A stretch of 64,000 nt of DNA from Acidobacteriota bacterium (GCA_016125275.1 WGMB01000003.1:1155896-1219895); one strand, 5' to 3'; counted from the first letter of the stretch, positions 1 through 9,207 are shown. Program-made: numbers and translations. The notes: generated by a model not told the origin, from the sequence alone.

Positions 1-2
1 CC

Positions 3-458
3 GCCCTGGGTTGCTTGACGCAGGCTCGGCTCGGCATCGGCTGGGGCTGCATCGGCGCGGCCCAGGACTGCTACGAAACGGCTCGGCGCTATTGCCTGGA
101 CCGTAAGCAGTTCGGCGGCAAACCGATCGCCTCTCATCAGCTCGTACAGGCCGAGTTGGCCTGGATGGCCACCGAGATCAGCAAGGCCCAACTGCTGGCC
201 TGGCGGATAGGGCGCCTGGCCGACGAAGGCCGACTGCACTTCTCCCAGGTCTCCCTGCTCAAGCGCAACAACGCTTGGATGGCGCTCGAAGTCGCGCGTC
301 GCGCCCGAGACCTTCTAGGCGCCAACGGCATCACCGAGGAGTATCCGGTCTTCCGCCACATGGCGAACCTCGAAACGGTGAAGACGTACGAGGGGACCGA
401 GAACATTCACACGCTCGCCATCGGCCAGCGCATCACCGGCCTGGCCGCCTTCGAGTAG
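3..458 (+). CDS. acyl-CoA dehydrogenase, C-terminal part (glutaryl-CoA dehydrogenase-like); 5' truncated by the window edge
   Basis: Translation matches the conserved C-terminal helical domain of acyl-CoA dehydrogenases (…YETARRYCLDRKQFGGKPIASHQLVQ…TYEGTENIHTLAIGQ…). The ORF runs off the window start. Confidence 0.8.
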   Translation, partial: ALGCLTQARLGIGWGCIGAAQDCYETARRYCLDRKQFGGKPIASHQLVQAELAWMATEISKAQLLAWRIGRLADEGRLHFSQVSLLKRNNAWMALEVARRARDLLGANGITEEYPVFRHMANLETVKTYEGTENIHTLAIGQRITGLAAFE

Positions 459-469
459 ACTGACCTTCC

Positions 470-1135
470 ATGTCCACTCATTCGCACGCCCTCGACGAGG
501 CTCTCAGCGAGTTCGTCCGCAACGTCTCCATGGCCGGGGAGAGCCCCCTGCTGGCCCGGCTGCGCGAGGAGACTTCCCACCTGGAGATGGCTCGGATGCA
601 GATCTCGGTGGAGCAGGGCCGGCTGATGGCGGTGCTGGCCGGCGCCATCGGCGCTCGGCGGGCCGTGGAAGTCGGCGTCTTCACCGGCTACAGCTCGCTG
701 ACCGTGGCGCATGCTCTGCCGCCGGACGGCAAGCTGGTGGCGCTCGACGTGTCTGACGAGTGGACCTCCGTGGCGCGGCGCTATTGGGCCGAGGCGGGCG
801 TGGCCGACAAGATCGACTTGCGCCTGGCGCCGGCCGGCGAGAGCTTGGCGGCGATGCTGGCCGCCGGAGAAGCCGGAACCTACGATTTCGCCTTCATCGA
901 CGCCGACAAGGACGCCTACCCCGGCTATTACGCCCAATGCCTCGAGCTGCTGCGGCCCGGCGGCCTCGTGCTCATCGACAACATGTTCCTGCACGGCCGC
1001 GTGTTGGAACCGGCCCCCGACGACCGCGCCGCCCACATCGTGCGAGATCTGGCGCACCAGATCTTTGCCGACGCCCGAGTGGTCCCCTCGCTGGTCCCGA
1101 TCGGCGACGGCCTGCTGCTGGCGCGCAAGCTGTAG
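470..1135 (+). CDS. class I SAM-dependent O-methyltransferase (caffeoyl-CoA O-methyltransferase family 3)
   Basis: Length 221 aa. VEVGVFTGYSS SAM-binding motif and an overall OMT family-3 pattern (…DFAFIDADKDAYPGYY…LIDN…). ATG at 470, 12 nt after the upstream stop. Confidence 0.8.
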   Translation: MSTHSHALDEALSEFVRNVSMAGESPLLARLREETSHLEMARMQISVEQGRLMAVLAGAIGARRAVEVGVFTGYSSLTVAHALPPDGKLVALDVSDEWTSVARRYWAEAGVADKIDLRLAPAGESLAAMLAAGEAGTYDFAFIDADKDAYPGYYAQCLELLRPGGLVLIDNMFLHGRVLEPAPDDRAAHIVRDLAHQIFADARVVPSLVPIGDGLLLARKL

Positions 1136-1376
1136 CCCACAACTTTTTCGGCGTCTCCGGTAACACCCTCCGCCCGCAGGCGATCTGCCATGCGGTCGGA
1201 CGGGCTTTTCGCGCTGGGACTTCCGCAATAGCCTCTCCGAGCTGTGCTGAATCAACCTCATTCCTAAGGGCGCGGCCGCTCGTCGGTCCGCCCTCCTTTT
1301 TCCCCAAGAAAATTTCGCGCGGGCTGTCGGATTCGTCCCGGTTCTGTCGCTTATCCAGTTGAGGAGGATGGAGCGA

Positions 1377-1562
1377 ATGCAGACAGCGCGAATCAACCCG
1401 GCCCTGACCGCCCGCCAACGCGTTCTGTGGACCGCCTGCACGCTGCTGGCCCTGGGCATGGCCCTGGCCGCAGCTCCCCTGGGCTTCGTCGGCGGGGCCG
1501 GACTGCATCGACTGCTGCAGCCGCACCGTCCTCCTCTAACGGCTTCCCTCAGTCAGCACTGA
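1377..1562 (+). CDS. small hypothetical membrane protein (61 aa, one TM helix)
   Basis: GAGGAGG Shine-Dalgarno 9 nt upstream of ATG 1377. Hydrophobic stretch WTACTLLALGMALAAAPLGFVGG. No recognisable family. Confidence 0.3.
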   Translation: MQTARINPALTARQRVLWTACTLLALGMALAAAPLGFVGGAGLHRLLQPHRPPLTASLSQH

Positions 1563-1670
1563 AGACGTACATCCTCTCATCTGCATACGGCGCGGCCGGC
1601 TCCTCTCGGTCGCGCCGATTTTTTTGCCTCTCCGGCCCCCAGCGAAAACCGCAGCCATCGTCTGCTGGAC

Positions 1671-1676
1671 TACAAT
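1671..1676 (+). promoter_or_regulatory. TACAAT -10-like box 7 nt upstream of the amidohydrolase start codon (leaderless-type promoter candidate)
   Basis: TACAAT with 7 nt spacer to ATG 1684. The same arrangement is duplicated upstream of the paralog at 2993. No Shine-Dalgarno. Confidence 0.4.
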
Positions 1677-1683
1677 AGCCCGC

Positions 1684-2916
1684 ATGCTTCGCCTGTTCTC
1701 GATTCTCCTCGCTTTGGCGCTCCCGCTCGCGGCCCAACAGTACGACATCCTGCTCAAGGGCGGTCACCTCATTGATCCTCGCAATCAGATCGACGAGCCC
1801 ATGGACGTCGCCATCGCCGGCGGCAAGATCGCCGCCGTGGAGAAGAACATCGCAAACGCGGAAGCCAAGAAAGTGGTCGACGCCCGCGGCATGTTCGTCA
1901 CGCCGGGCCTGGTCGATCTGCACGTGCATGTGTTCGCCGGAACCGGCGAGAAGGGCTCCTACGCCGGCGACAACTCCGTCTACCCCGACGACCACTGCAT
2001 TCGCTCCGGCGTCACGACGGCGGTCGACGCGGGCAGTTCCGGCGCCGCCAACTTCGAGCAGTTCAAGGACCGCATCATCGACCGCGCCCGCACCCGCATT
2101 CTGGCCTTCATCAACATCGTCAACAAGGGCATGCGCGGCGGCCCGATCGAGCAGGACATCGCGGACATGAAGGTCGAGCCGACCGTCGCCATGGCCAAGA
2201 AGTACCCCGACACGATCATTGGCGTGAAGAGCGCGCACTTCCGCGGGCCGGAGTGGGCCTCGGTCGACAACGCCGTCAAGGCCGCCGGCCAGTTCGGCGG
2301 GGTGGTCATGGTGGACTTCGGACAGTTTCGTGACGAACGGCCGTTCTCCGAGCTGGTTACCAAGCACCTGCGGCCGGGCGACATGTACACCCACGCCTAC
2401 CTCGGCGCCGTGCCGTGGTTCGACGCCAACGGCAAGGTCAACTCGTTCTTCTACGAAGCGCGCGCGCGCGGCGTGAAGTTCGACGTCGGCCACGGCGGCG
2501 GCTCGTTCTGGTGGAACCAGGTCATCCCGGCCACGCGGCAAGGCTTCTGGCCCGACTCGATCTCCACCGACCTGCACATCTCGTCGATGGTCGGCGGAAT
2601 GAAGGACATGGTCAATGTGATGTCGAAGTTCCTCAACCTCGGCGCGCCGATGGCGGACGTGATCAAGTGGTCCACCGACAATCCGGCCAAGCAGATCAAG
2701 CGCACGGACCTGGGACACCTGAGCGTCGGCGCGGTGGCGGACGTGGCCGTGCTGAGCCACCATACCGGCAAATTCGGCTTCCTCGACATCAACGGCGCCA
2801 AGATGGACGGCACGCAGAAGCTGCAATGCGAGCTCACCATCCGCGAAGGCAAGGTCCTGTGGGACCTCAACGGCATCGCCGCCCCGGAGTGGGAGATCTT
2901 CTACAAGAAGATGTAG
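1684..2916 (+). CDS. secreted amidohydrolase-family metallohydrolase (dihydroorotase/dipeptidase-like), paralog 1
   Basis: Signal peptide MLRLFSILLALALPLAAQQ. GGHLIDP…DVAIAGGKIAAV and DLHVHVF (HxH metal ligands). Start placed at ATG 1684 by alignment with the paralog at 3006; the track ORF begins earlier at 1624. Confidence 0.8.
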   Translation: MLRLFSILLALALPLAAQQYDILLKGGHLIDPRNQIDEPMDVAIAGGKIAAVEKNIANAEAKKVVDARGMFVTPGLVDLHVHVFAGTGEKGSYAGDNSVYPDDHCIRSGVTTAVDAGSSGAANFEQFKDRIIDRARTRILAFINIVNKGMRGGPIEQDIADMKVEPTVAMAKKYPDTIIGVKSAHFRGPEWASVDNAVKAAGQFGGVVMVDFGQFRDERPFSELVTKHLRPGDMYTHAYLGAVPWFDANGKVNSFFYEARARGVKFDVGHGGGSFWWNQVIPATRQGFWPDSISTDLHISSMVGGMKDMVNVMSKFLNLGAPMADVIKWSTDNPAKQIKRTDLGHLSVGAVADVAVLSHHTGKFGFLDINGAKMDGTQKLQCELTIREGKVLWDLNGIAAPEWEIFYKKM

Positions 2917-2939
2917 CGCGACCCTAAGGCGACAAATGC

Positions 2940-2976
2940 AAGGCCCAGGCGGCGAGCCTGGGCCTTCGTCGTTCTG
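2940..2976 (+). terminator. rho-independent terminator candidate between the two amidohydrolase paralogs
   Basis: Perfect 11-bp stem AAGGCCCAGGC / GCCTGGGCCTT with loop GGCGA, followed by CGTCGTTCTG. Lies 24 nt after the stop of the first paralog. Confidence 0.5.
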
Positions 2977-2992
2977 CGCGGCGAGTCTCGAC

Positions 2993-2998
2993 TACAAT
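2993..2998 (+). promoter_or_regulatory. TACAAT -10-like box 7 nt upstream of the paralog 2 start
   Basis: Duplicated upstream context (gactacaatagc…atgcttcgcc) is shared with paralog 1. Confidence 0.4.
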
Positions 2999-3005
2999 AG
3001 CGCCG

Positions 3006-4238
3006 ATGCTTCGCCGGTTCTCGATTCTCCTCGCCTTGGCGCTTCCTCTCGCCGCCCAGCCCTACGACCTGCTCCTCCAGGGCGGACATCTCATCGATCC
3101 GCGCAACCAGATCGACGAGCCCATGGATGTCGCCATCGCCGGCGGCAAGATCGCCGCCGTGGAGAAGAGCATCGCGAGCTCGCAGGCCAAGCAGGTCGTC
3201 GACGCCGGCGGGATGTTCGTGACGCCGGGCCTGATCGACATCCACGCCCACGTCTTTACCGGGACCGGCGAGAAAGGCTCCTTGGCCGGCGACACCTCCG
3301 TCTACCCTGACGACCACTGCATCCGCGCCGGAGTGACCACCGCGGTTGACGCCGGCGGGGCGGGGGCGGACAACTTCGAGCAGTTCAAGGACCTCATCAT
3401 TGACCGGGCCCGCACCCGCGTCCTGTCGTTCATCAACATCGTCAACAAGGGCATGCGGGGCGGTGCGATCGAGCAGGACATCGCCGACATGAAGGTCGGC
3501 CCGACGATCGCCATGGCCAAGAAGCACCCGGACCTGATCGTCGGCGTGAAGGCCGCCCACTTCGAAGGCCCCGAATGGGTTTCGGTGGACAACGCCGTCA
3601 AGGCCGCCGAGGGGTTCGGCGGCGTGGTGATGGTGGACTTCGGAGACTTCCGCAAGGAGCGTCCTTTCGAGCAGCTCGTCCTCGAGCGCCTGCGCCCAGG
3701 CGACATGTACACCCACGCTTACCTGGGCCGGGTGCCGTGGTTCGACGCCAACGGCAAGGTCAACTCGTTCTTCTATGAAGCGCGCGTCCGCGGCGTGAAG
3801 TTCGATGTCGGCCACGGCGGCGGCTCGCTGTGGTGGAGCCGCGTGATTCCGGCTACGCGCCAAGGCTTCTGGCCGGACTCCATCTCGACCGACCTGCATA
3901 CCCAATCCATGAAGGAAGGCATGAAGGACATGGTCAACGTGATGTCGAAGTTCCTCAACCTCGGCGCGCCGCTCAGGGACGTGATCCGCTGGTCCACCGA
4001 CAACCCCGCCCAGCAGATCCACCGGCCGGACTTGGGACATCTGAGCGTAGGCGCGGGCGCCGACATCACGGTGCTGAGCCGCCAACTCGGCGACTTCGGC
4101 TTCATCGACACCCGCGGCGCCCGCATGGACGGCACGCAGAAGCTGCAATGCGAGCTGACCATCCGGGACGGCAAGGTCCTGTGGGACCTCAACGGCATCG
4201 CCGCCCCGGACTGGCAGACCTACTACAAGAAGATGTAG
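3006..4238 (+). CDS. secreted amidohydrolase-family metallohydrolase, paralog 2 (tandem duplicate)
   Basis: 410 aa, about 80% identical to the 1684..2916 product, with the same signal peptide, HxH and GGHLIDP motifs. Confidence 0.8.
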   Translation: MLRRFSILLALALPLAAQPYDLLLQGGHLIDPRNQIDEPMDVAIAGGKIAAVEKSIASSQAKQVVDAGGMFVTPGLIDIHAHVFTGTGEKGSLAGDTSVYPDDHCIRAGVTTAVDAGGAGADNFEQFKDLIIDRARTRVLSFINIVNKGMRGGAIEQDIADMKVGPTIAMAKKHPDLIVGVKAAHFEGPEWVSVDNAVKAAEGFGGVVMVDFGDFRKERPFEQLVLERLRPGDMYTHAYLGRVPWFDANGKVNSFFYEARVRGVKFDVGHGGGSLWWSRVIPATRQGFWPDSISTDLHTQSMKEGMKDMVNVMSKFLNLGAPLRDVIRWSTDNPAQQIHRPDLGHLSVGAGADITVLSRQLGDFGFIDTRGARMDGTQKLQCELTIRDGKVLWDLNGIAAPDWQTYYKKM

Positions 4239-4265
4239 CGCGAATTGCGGGCGTCGCCCCTCACC

Positions 4266-4658
4266 TTATTCGCCCAGCATCTGCACCAGTTGGATCAGGT
4301 TCCCGCAGGTGTCGTCCAACACGGCCATCCGGACCGGGCCGGCGTCCATCGGCGCCATCGTAAACGAGACGCCGAGGTCCCGCAAGCGGTTGTGCTCGGC
4401 GTCCAGGTCGTCCACCTGAAAAGAAGCGGCGGGGATGCCGTCTTCGACGAGGGCGTCCTTGAAAGGCTTGACCGCCGGGTGGCCGCTCGGCTCCAGCAGC
4501 AGTTCGGTCCCTTCGGGGGCCTCCGGCGAGACGACGGTCAGCCAACGCGACTCACCGATGGGCACGTCGTGCTTGACCTGAAAGCCCAAGACGCGAGTAT
4601 AGAAATCCAACGCTTTCGACAGATCGTCCACGAAGACGCTGGTGATGTAGATTCTCAT
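4266..4658 (-). CDS. VOC-family protein (glyoxalase/bleomycin-resistance/dioxygenase fold)
   Basis: 130 aa. MRIYITSVFVDDLSKALDFYTRVLGF… is a typical VOC N-terminus. AGGAGA Shine-Dalgarno upstream. Lies immediately downstream of the ArsR gene. Confidence 0.75.
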   Translation of the reverse strand: MRIYITSVFVDDLSKALDFYTRVLGFQVKHDVPIGESRWLTVVSPEAPEGTELLLEPSGHPAVKPFKDALVEDGIPAASFQVDDLDAEHNRLRDLGVSFTMAPMDAGPVRMAVLDDTCGNLIQLVQMLGE

Positions 4659-4674
4659 AACGGTTCTCCTGATT

Positions 4675-4965
4675 TCAGAGGTGTTTGCGGAGCCAGAGGT
4701 CGACGGCCTTCTGCAAAGGGTGGAGATTGAGCGAATGGATCTTCGTGCGGCCCGCCCAACGGACCTGGATCAGGCCGGCTTTCTGCAACATGTCGAGGTG
4801 TTGCGTGATTGCCTGCCGGGAGAGCGCAACGCCGCCTTGCGCGACCGACGCCGCGCAAATCTGGAACAGCGATTGATCGGGCTGCTCCCGTAGCCGGTCG
4901 ATGATTCTCCGGCGGGTAGGGTCCGCCAGAGCCTTGAAGACTTGGTCGAGTTGCTCCGCGTCCAC
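4675..4965 (-). CDS. ArsR/SmtB-family HTH transcriptional regulator
   Basis: ALADPTRRRIIDRL… is the ArsR HTH signature. GTG start. Stop lies 16 nt upstream of the VOC gene, so a likely regulator-effector operon. Confidence 0.8.
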   Translation of the reverse strand: MDAEQLDQVFKALADPTRRRIIDRLREQPDQSLFQICAASVAQGGVALSRQAITQHLDMLQKAGLIQVRWAGRTKIHSLNLHPLQKAVDLWLRKHL

Positions 4966-4972
4966 GTCGTCA

Positions 4973-5000
4973 TGATATGCAATAATTCACTTGCATATCA
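4973..5000. promoter_or_regulatory. perfect 10-8-10 inverted repeat, candidate ArsR operator
   Basis: TGATATGCAA-taattcac-TTGCATATCA, 8 bp upstream of the ArsR start codon. AT-rich in an otherwise GC-rich genome. Confidence 0.5.
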
Positions 5001-5016
5001 ACCGGCCACGTGAGCG

Positions 5017-7074
5017 TCAGCCGGACCGTCGGGCGTCGTTTACGGCCCGCAGCGTCTCCACGACCACTTCGTCCGCCTGCATCTCCTCCAGGCTCTTGGC
5101 CGCGCGCAGGCGCCAGTTCGGCCGTTCGGTCGTGGTGCCCGGGGTGTTCTGCTGCTCCTTTTCGCCCCACAGGTCCTCCAGCGTCACCATCACGGCCCGC
5201 GCCGGACCTGCCGCCATCTCCGCCAGCGCCGCGCGCAGTACGGCCGCGCGCTCTTCCGGCACGCCGTACTGGCCGGCCAGAGCCCGTCGCGTCTTGGCGC
5301 GCCCGGCGCGCACGCCGTCCGCCTCGCCCGGTTGCAGCAGCCCGAGCTCCACCTGGTCGGCGGCGTCCTTGGCGTCCCACCAAGCCGCGAAGGTCGGCGT
5401 GTCGTGTGTGTTCATGCTCGCCAGCGAAGTCGCCTTCGCGCCGCGGGCCACCGGCTCCTCGCTGCGATAGTCGAACTGCCCAACGTACATGCCGTCGATC
5501 GCGCGCTCCTCCATCCGCCGCTGCACGTACTTGGGCACTGTGCCCAAATCCTCGCCGATGATCCAGGCTCGGTGACGCACCGACTCCAGGCAGACCGTGG
5601 CGTACATCTCCTCGGCCGGGTACTGCACGTAGGTCCCCTCGCTGGCCGGCATGCCTTCGGGAACCCAGTACAGCCGGTGCAGCGCCATGAAGTGGTCCAG
5701 CCGCAGCACGCCCGCGTGCTGCAGGTGATGCCGCAGGCAAGCCCTCCAGTAGTCCAGGCCCTCGCCCCGCAGAGCCTTGGGGTCCAGCGGCGCAAAGCCC
5801 CAGTTCTGCCCCTTGGTGAAGAAGCGGTCCGGCGGAGCCCCTCCCGCGACTCCGAAGGCAAAGTCGCCCGGCCGCCGCCAAACGTCGAAGCCGCTCGCAT
5901 GCACGCCCAGCGGCAGGTCCAAGTACAGCCCGGGCTCGCCCATCCGTTCGGCCAGGTCGGCAAGCTGCTGGTCCGCCAGCCACTGCACGTAGAGGTGGTA
6001 GTCGGCGCGCCTTGGCTCGTAGTCCCCCGCCTCCAGCCGTCCGTCGCGCAGGCGGGCCGGCCAGTGGCTCCAAGTCTCGCCGCGCGTCTCGACGGTGGCG
6101 CGAAAGGCCGCATAGCTGGCGAGCTCCGGCCGGGCGTGGGCGAACTCGCGCAGCCGCCCCAGCCGGCTCGGGTCCTCCGGCAGCTTGTCGAGCAAGGCTT
6201 CCAAGACGCGGCGACGACCCTCCATCGCCGAGCGGTAGTCGGCAAGGCGCTCGGTCGGCGTCTCGATCCCGTCGAGCAAGCCCTGGGCGTCGGTGGAGAG
6301 GTCCCACTCCGGCGTGCGCCGCGGGTCGACGTAGAGCTCGTTCCAGAACAATCGGCTGACGGGAACGTAGGGGCTCGGCTCGAAGGGCTCGTCCAGGAAG
6401 GCCGCCAACAACGGCAGGGTGCCGACCAGCGAGCCGCCCAGATCCTTCGTCCAAGCCGCCAGCGCCCCCAGGTCGGATAGATCGCCCAGCCCCCGGGTCG
6501 CGTCGGTATGCAGGGCGTACAACGGCAGGAAGACGCCCCAAGGCCGCTCGCCCTCGGCCAGCGTATGGCAGCGAGCCGGAGCCGAGAGCAGGCGCAGCTC
6601 GGCATGGCGCTCGCCGGCCTCCAGCACCAAGCGGTGATAGCCTTGCGGTAGCCCGTCCGGCAGCCGCAGCCCGACTGCGACAAAGCGGCTCCCGTCGAGC
6701 TCAGCCCGCCCCCGCACCGGCAACTCGTCGAGCCGCGCGTCCCAGCGGCGCTCGCGGCCGTCCTCCAGCCGCAGCGTACAGGCCAGCGGCCCGCTGAGCT
6801 CGGCCTCCGGCAGGCGCAGGTCGAGCGTCTTCGAGTCGCCCTCCCACGCCACCGCAGTGGGCGGCGCAAAGCGGCTCCAATGGGCGCGCAACGCCTGGCG
6901 GAGCGCCTCGGGAGCTTCCTCGGGCTTCTCCAGCGGCGCTCCCAGCGTCCGCAACAGGGCCGTCAGCGTTTCGGGAGAGGCCTCCCGGAACTGCTTGAAG
7001 CCGTCCCGAAAGACCGTCAGGACGCCGTGGCGGCGGGCCAACCGTTCCAGAGCAGCAAACTCTCGACGAGCCAT
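5017..7074 (-). CDS. malQ: 4-alpha-glucanotransferase (amylomaltase, GH77)
   Basis: 685 aa. GH77 motifs (…LRLDHFMALHRLYWVPEG…, …GEDLGTVP…). Its start codon immediately follows the glgX stop. Confidence 0.9.
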   Translation of the reverse strand: MARREFAALERLARRHGVLTVFRDGFKQFREASPETLTALLRTLGAPLEKPEEAPEALRQALRAHWSRFAPPTAVAWEGDSKTLDLRLPEAELSGPLACTLRLEDGRERRWDARLDELPVRGRAELDGSRFVAVGLRLPDGLPQGYHRLVLEAGERHAELRLLSAPARCHTLAEGERPWGVFLPLYALHTDATRGLGDLSDLGALAAWTKDLGGSLVGTLPLLAAFLDEPFEPSPYVPVSRLFWNELYVDPRRTPEWDLSTDAQGLLDGIETPTERLADYRSAMEGRRRVLEALLDKLPEDPSRLGRLREFAHARPELASYAAFRATVETRGETWSHWPARLRDGRLEAGDYEPRRADYHLYVQWLADQQLADLAERMGEPGLYLDLPLGVHASGFDVWRRPGDFAFGVAGGAPPDRFFTKGQNWGFAPLDPKALRGEGLDYWRACLRHHLQHAGVLRLDHFMALHRLYWVPEGMPASEGTYVQYPAEEMYATVCLESVRHRAWIIGEDLGTVPKYVQRRMEERAIDGMYVGQFDYRSEEPVARGAKATSLASMNTHDTPTFAAWWDAKDAADQVELGLLQPGEADGVRAGRAKTRRALAGQYGVPEERAAVLRAALAEMAAGPARAVMVTLEDLWGEKEQQNTPGTTTERPNWRLRAAKSLEEMQADEVVVETLRAVNDARRSG

Positions 7075-9207
7075 TTACTTGCCGTCCCCCAGATCCACGA
7101 CCAGCCGCAGAGCGACGAAGGAGTGCGGCTGCAGGTCGTAGTGAGCGCCCACTACGGAGTTCCGTTGCGCCGCCAATTGGGTATTGGTGTCGAACAGCAC
7201 CTCCCAGTGCCCTCCCAGCGAGGCTGGAGGCAGCCGGAAGTCCAGGTCGAGCGCCGAAGCGTTGAGCAGGAACAATAGCGGGTCGCCCTCGGCCTCGGTC
7301 GGCCCGATCAAGATGCCGATCCAGAGGCGGTCCGGCTGGCGCCACTCGTCGTCGCGCATCTCATGGCCGGAATCGCTGTACCAGGCAATGTCCTTGAGGC
7401 CCGGCATCGTCGACGGGCCGCCGTTGAAGAACTGCTTGCGGCGCAGAGCCGGCTGCGTCCGTCGCAGCTCGAGCAGCACCCGCGTAAACTCCACCAGCTC
7501 TCGCTTGGTCTCGTCGAGGCTCCAGTCCAGCCAGGAGATCTCGTTGTCTTGGCAATAAGCGTTGTTGTTGCCGAGCTGCGTACGGCCCAGCTCGTCGCCG
7601 GCGGTGAGCATCGGCGTTCCGGCTGACAGCAACAGCGTGGCCAGCAGATTGCGTTTCTGGCGTTCGCGCAGGGCGTTGATCTTGGGGTCGTCCGTCGGCC
7701 CTTCGACGCCGTAGTTGCGGGAGTTGTTGTGGCTCTCGCCGTCTCGGTTGTGCTCTCCGTTGGCGATGTTGCGCTTGCGCTCGTAGCTGACCAGGTCGTG
7801 CAGCGTAAAGCCGTCGTGCGCGGTAATGAGGTTGACCGACGAACGCGGCCCCCGGCCGCTGTGGCCATAGTGATCGCTGCTTCCGGAGAAACGCGTCGCC
7901 AGCGGGCCCAGCCGAAAGTCGTCGCCGCGCCAGTACTGGCGCACGTCGTCCCGAAACTTGCCGTTCCACTCCGACCAGCCCGTCGGGTAGCCGCCCACGC
8001 GGTAGCCGCTGGGGTCGATGTCCCAGGGCTCGGCGATCATCTTGGCGCGGCTTAGGACGGGGTCTTGGAAGATCGCGTCAAAGAAGCCGCTGCCTGGGTC
8101 GAAGGCGTCGCTCTCGCGGCCCAGCGCGCTGCACAGATCGAAGCGGAAGCCGTCCACGTGCATCTCCTCGACCCAGTAGCGCAGACTGTCGAGAATCATC
8201 TGCAAGGCCCGCGGATGGCGCGTATCCACCGTGTTCCCCACGCCGGTGAAGTTGACGTTGCGCGAAAGGTTCTTCTGCAGGCGATAGTACGAGGCGTTGT
8301 CGATTCCGCGCCAGCAGACCGTCGGGCCGCGCTCGTTGCCCTCGCAGGTGTGGTTGTAGACCACATCGAGCAGAACTTCCAGGCCGGCCGCATGCAGGCC
8401 GCGCACCATCTCCTTGAACTCCCGCAAAGGGCCTTCCGGGGATTGGTCCGCGGCGTACGAGGGCTGCGGCGTGAAGAAGCCGAGCGTGTTGTAGCCCCAG
8501 TAGTTCTTCAGCCCCAGCTTCGTCAGGTGCGCCTCTTCCGCGTGGAGGTGCACGGGCAATAACTCCACAGCCGTAACGCCGAGCTTGCGGAAGTGCTCGA
8601 TCGCCGGCGCGGAGGCCAACCCGCGATAGGTTCCGCGCAGCTCCGGCGGCACGTCGGGGTGGAGCTGCGTGAAGCCTTTCGGGTGCAGCTCGTAGATCAC
8701 CGTGTCCGGCCAGGGAGTTTGCGGAGACTTGTCGTCGCCCCATTCGAACGAGCCGTCCGCCACGGCGGCCAGCGGCGCAAACGGCGCGCTGTCGCGGGGG
8801 TCGATCGTGTTCACGGCCTCCGGCGCGGCCGGCAAGCCGTTGGTCGCCGGAAAGCCGAACAGGGAGTCGTCCCATTGCAGCCCGCGGCCCAAGGCCCTGG
8901 CGTAGGGATCGAACAGGACCTTCTCCGGATTGAAGCGATGGCCCTCGAACGGCCGGTACGGTCCATGCACGCGGTAGCCGTAGATCTGCCCGGGGCGTAC
9001 GCCGGGCACGTAGGCGTGCCACACCTGATCGGTGCACTCGGTCAACTCCACCACGCGCGACTCGATGTCGGCGTCGGGAGAATCAAAAAAGCACAGGCAG
9101 ACGCTGTCGGCGTGGGCCGAGAAGAGGGCGAAGTTGACGCCGGCGCCGTCCCAAACCGCGCCGAGGGGGTAGGGTCGGCCCGGCAGGACTTTACTCAGAG
9201 CGGCCAT
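7075..9207 (-). CDS. glgX: glycogen debranching enzyme GlgX (isoamylase-type, GH13)
   Basis: 710 aa. N-terminal PYPLGAVWDGAGVNFALFS… and GH13 catalytic regions. Forms an operon with malQ. Confidence 0.9.
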   Translation of the reverse strand: MAALSKVLPGRPYPLGAVWDGAGVNFALFSAHADSVCLCFFDSPDADIESRVVELTECTDQVWHAYVPGVRPGQIYGYRVHGPYRPFEGHRFNPEKVLFDPYARALGRGLQWDDSLFGFPATNGLPAAPEAVNTIDPRDSAPFAPLAAVADGSFEWGDDKSPQTPWPDTVIYELHPKGFTQLHPDVPPELRGTYRGLASAPAIEHFRKLGVTAVELLPVHLHAEEAHLTKLGLKNYWGYNTLGFFTPQPSYAADQSPEGPLREFKEMVRGLHAAGLEVLLDVVYNHTCEGNERGPTVCWRGIDNASYYRLQKNLSRNVNFTGVGNTVDTRHPRALQMILDSLRYWVEEMHVDGFRFDLCSALGRESDAFDPGSGFFDAIFQDPVLSRAKMIAEPWDIDPSGYRVGGYPTGWSEWNGKFRDDVRQYWRGDDFRLGPLATRFSGSSDHYGHSGRGPRSSVNLITAHDGFTLHDLVSYERKRNIANGEHNRDGESHNNSRNYGVEGPTDDPKINALRERQKRNLLATLLLSAGTPMLTAGDELGRTQLGNNNAYCQDNEISWLDWSLDETKRELVEFTRVLLELRRTQPALRRKQFFNGGPSTMPGLKDIAWYSDSGHEMRDDEWRQPDRLWIGILIGPTEAEGDPLLFLLNASALDLDFRLPPASLGGHWEVLFDTNTQLAAQRNSVVGAHYDLQPHSFVALRLVVDLGDGK

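Noticed and set aside
1549-4148. Two 415-425 aa ORFs on the minus strand (1549..2826, 2901..4148) mirroring the amidohydrolase paralogs
   Set aside because: Antisense to well-supported genes and low-complexity Arg/Gly/Val/Asp/His-rich translations. Typical stop-codon-poor antisense frames in a high-GC genome.
4970-7345. Multiple long overlapping ORFs (4970..6541 -, 5412..6869 -, 5332..6480 +, 6701..7345 -) within malQ
   Set aside because: Alternative frames or antisense of the 4-alpha-glucanotransferase gene. Translations are Arg/Pro/Ala-rich with no motifs.
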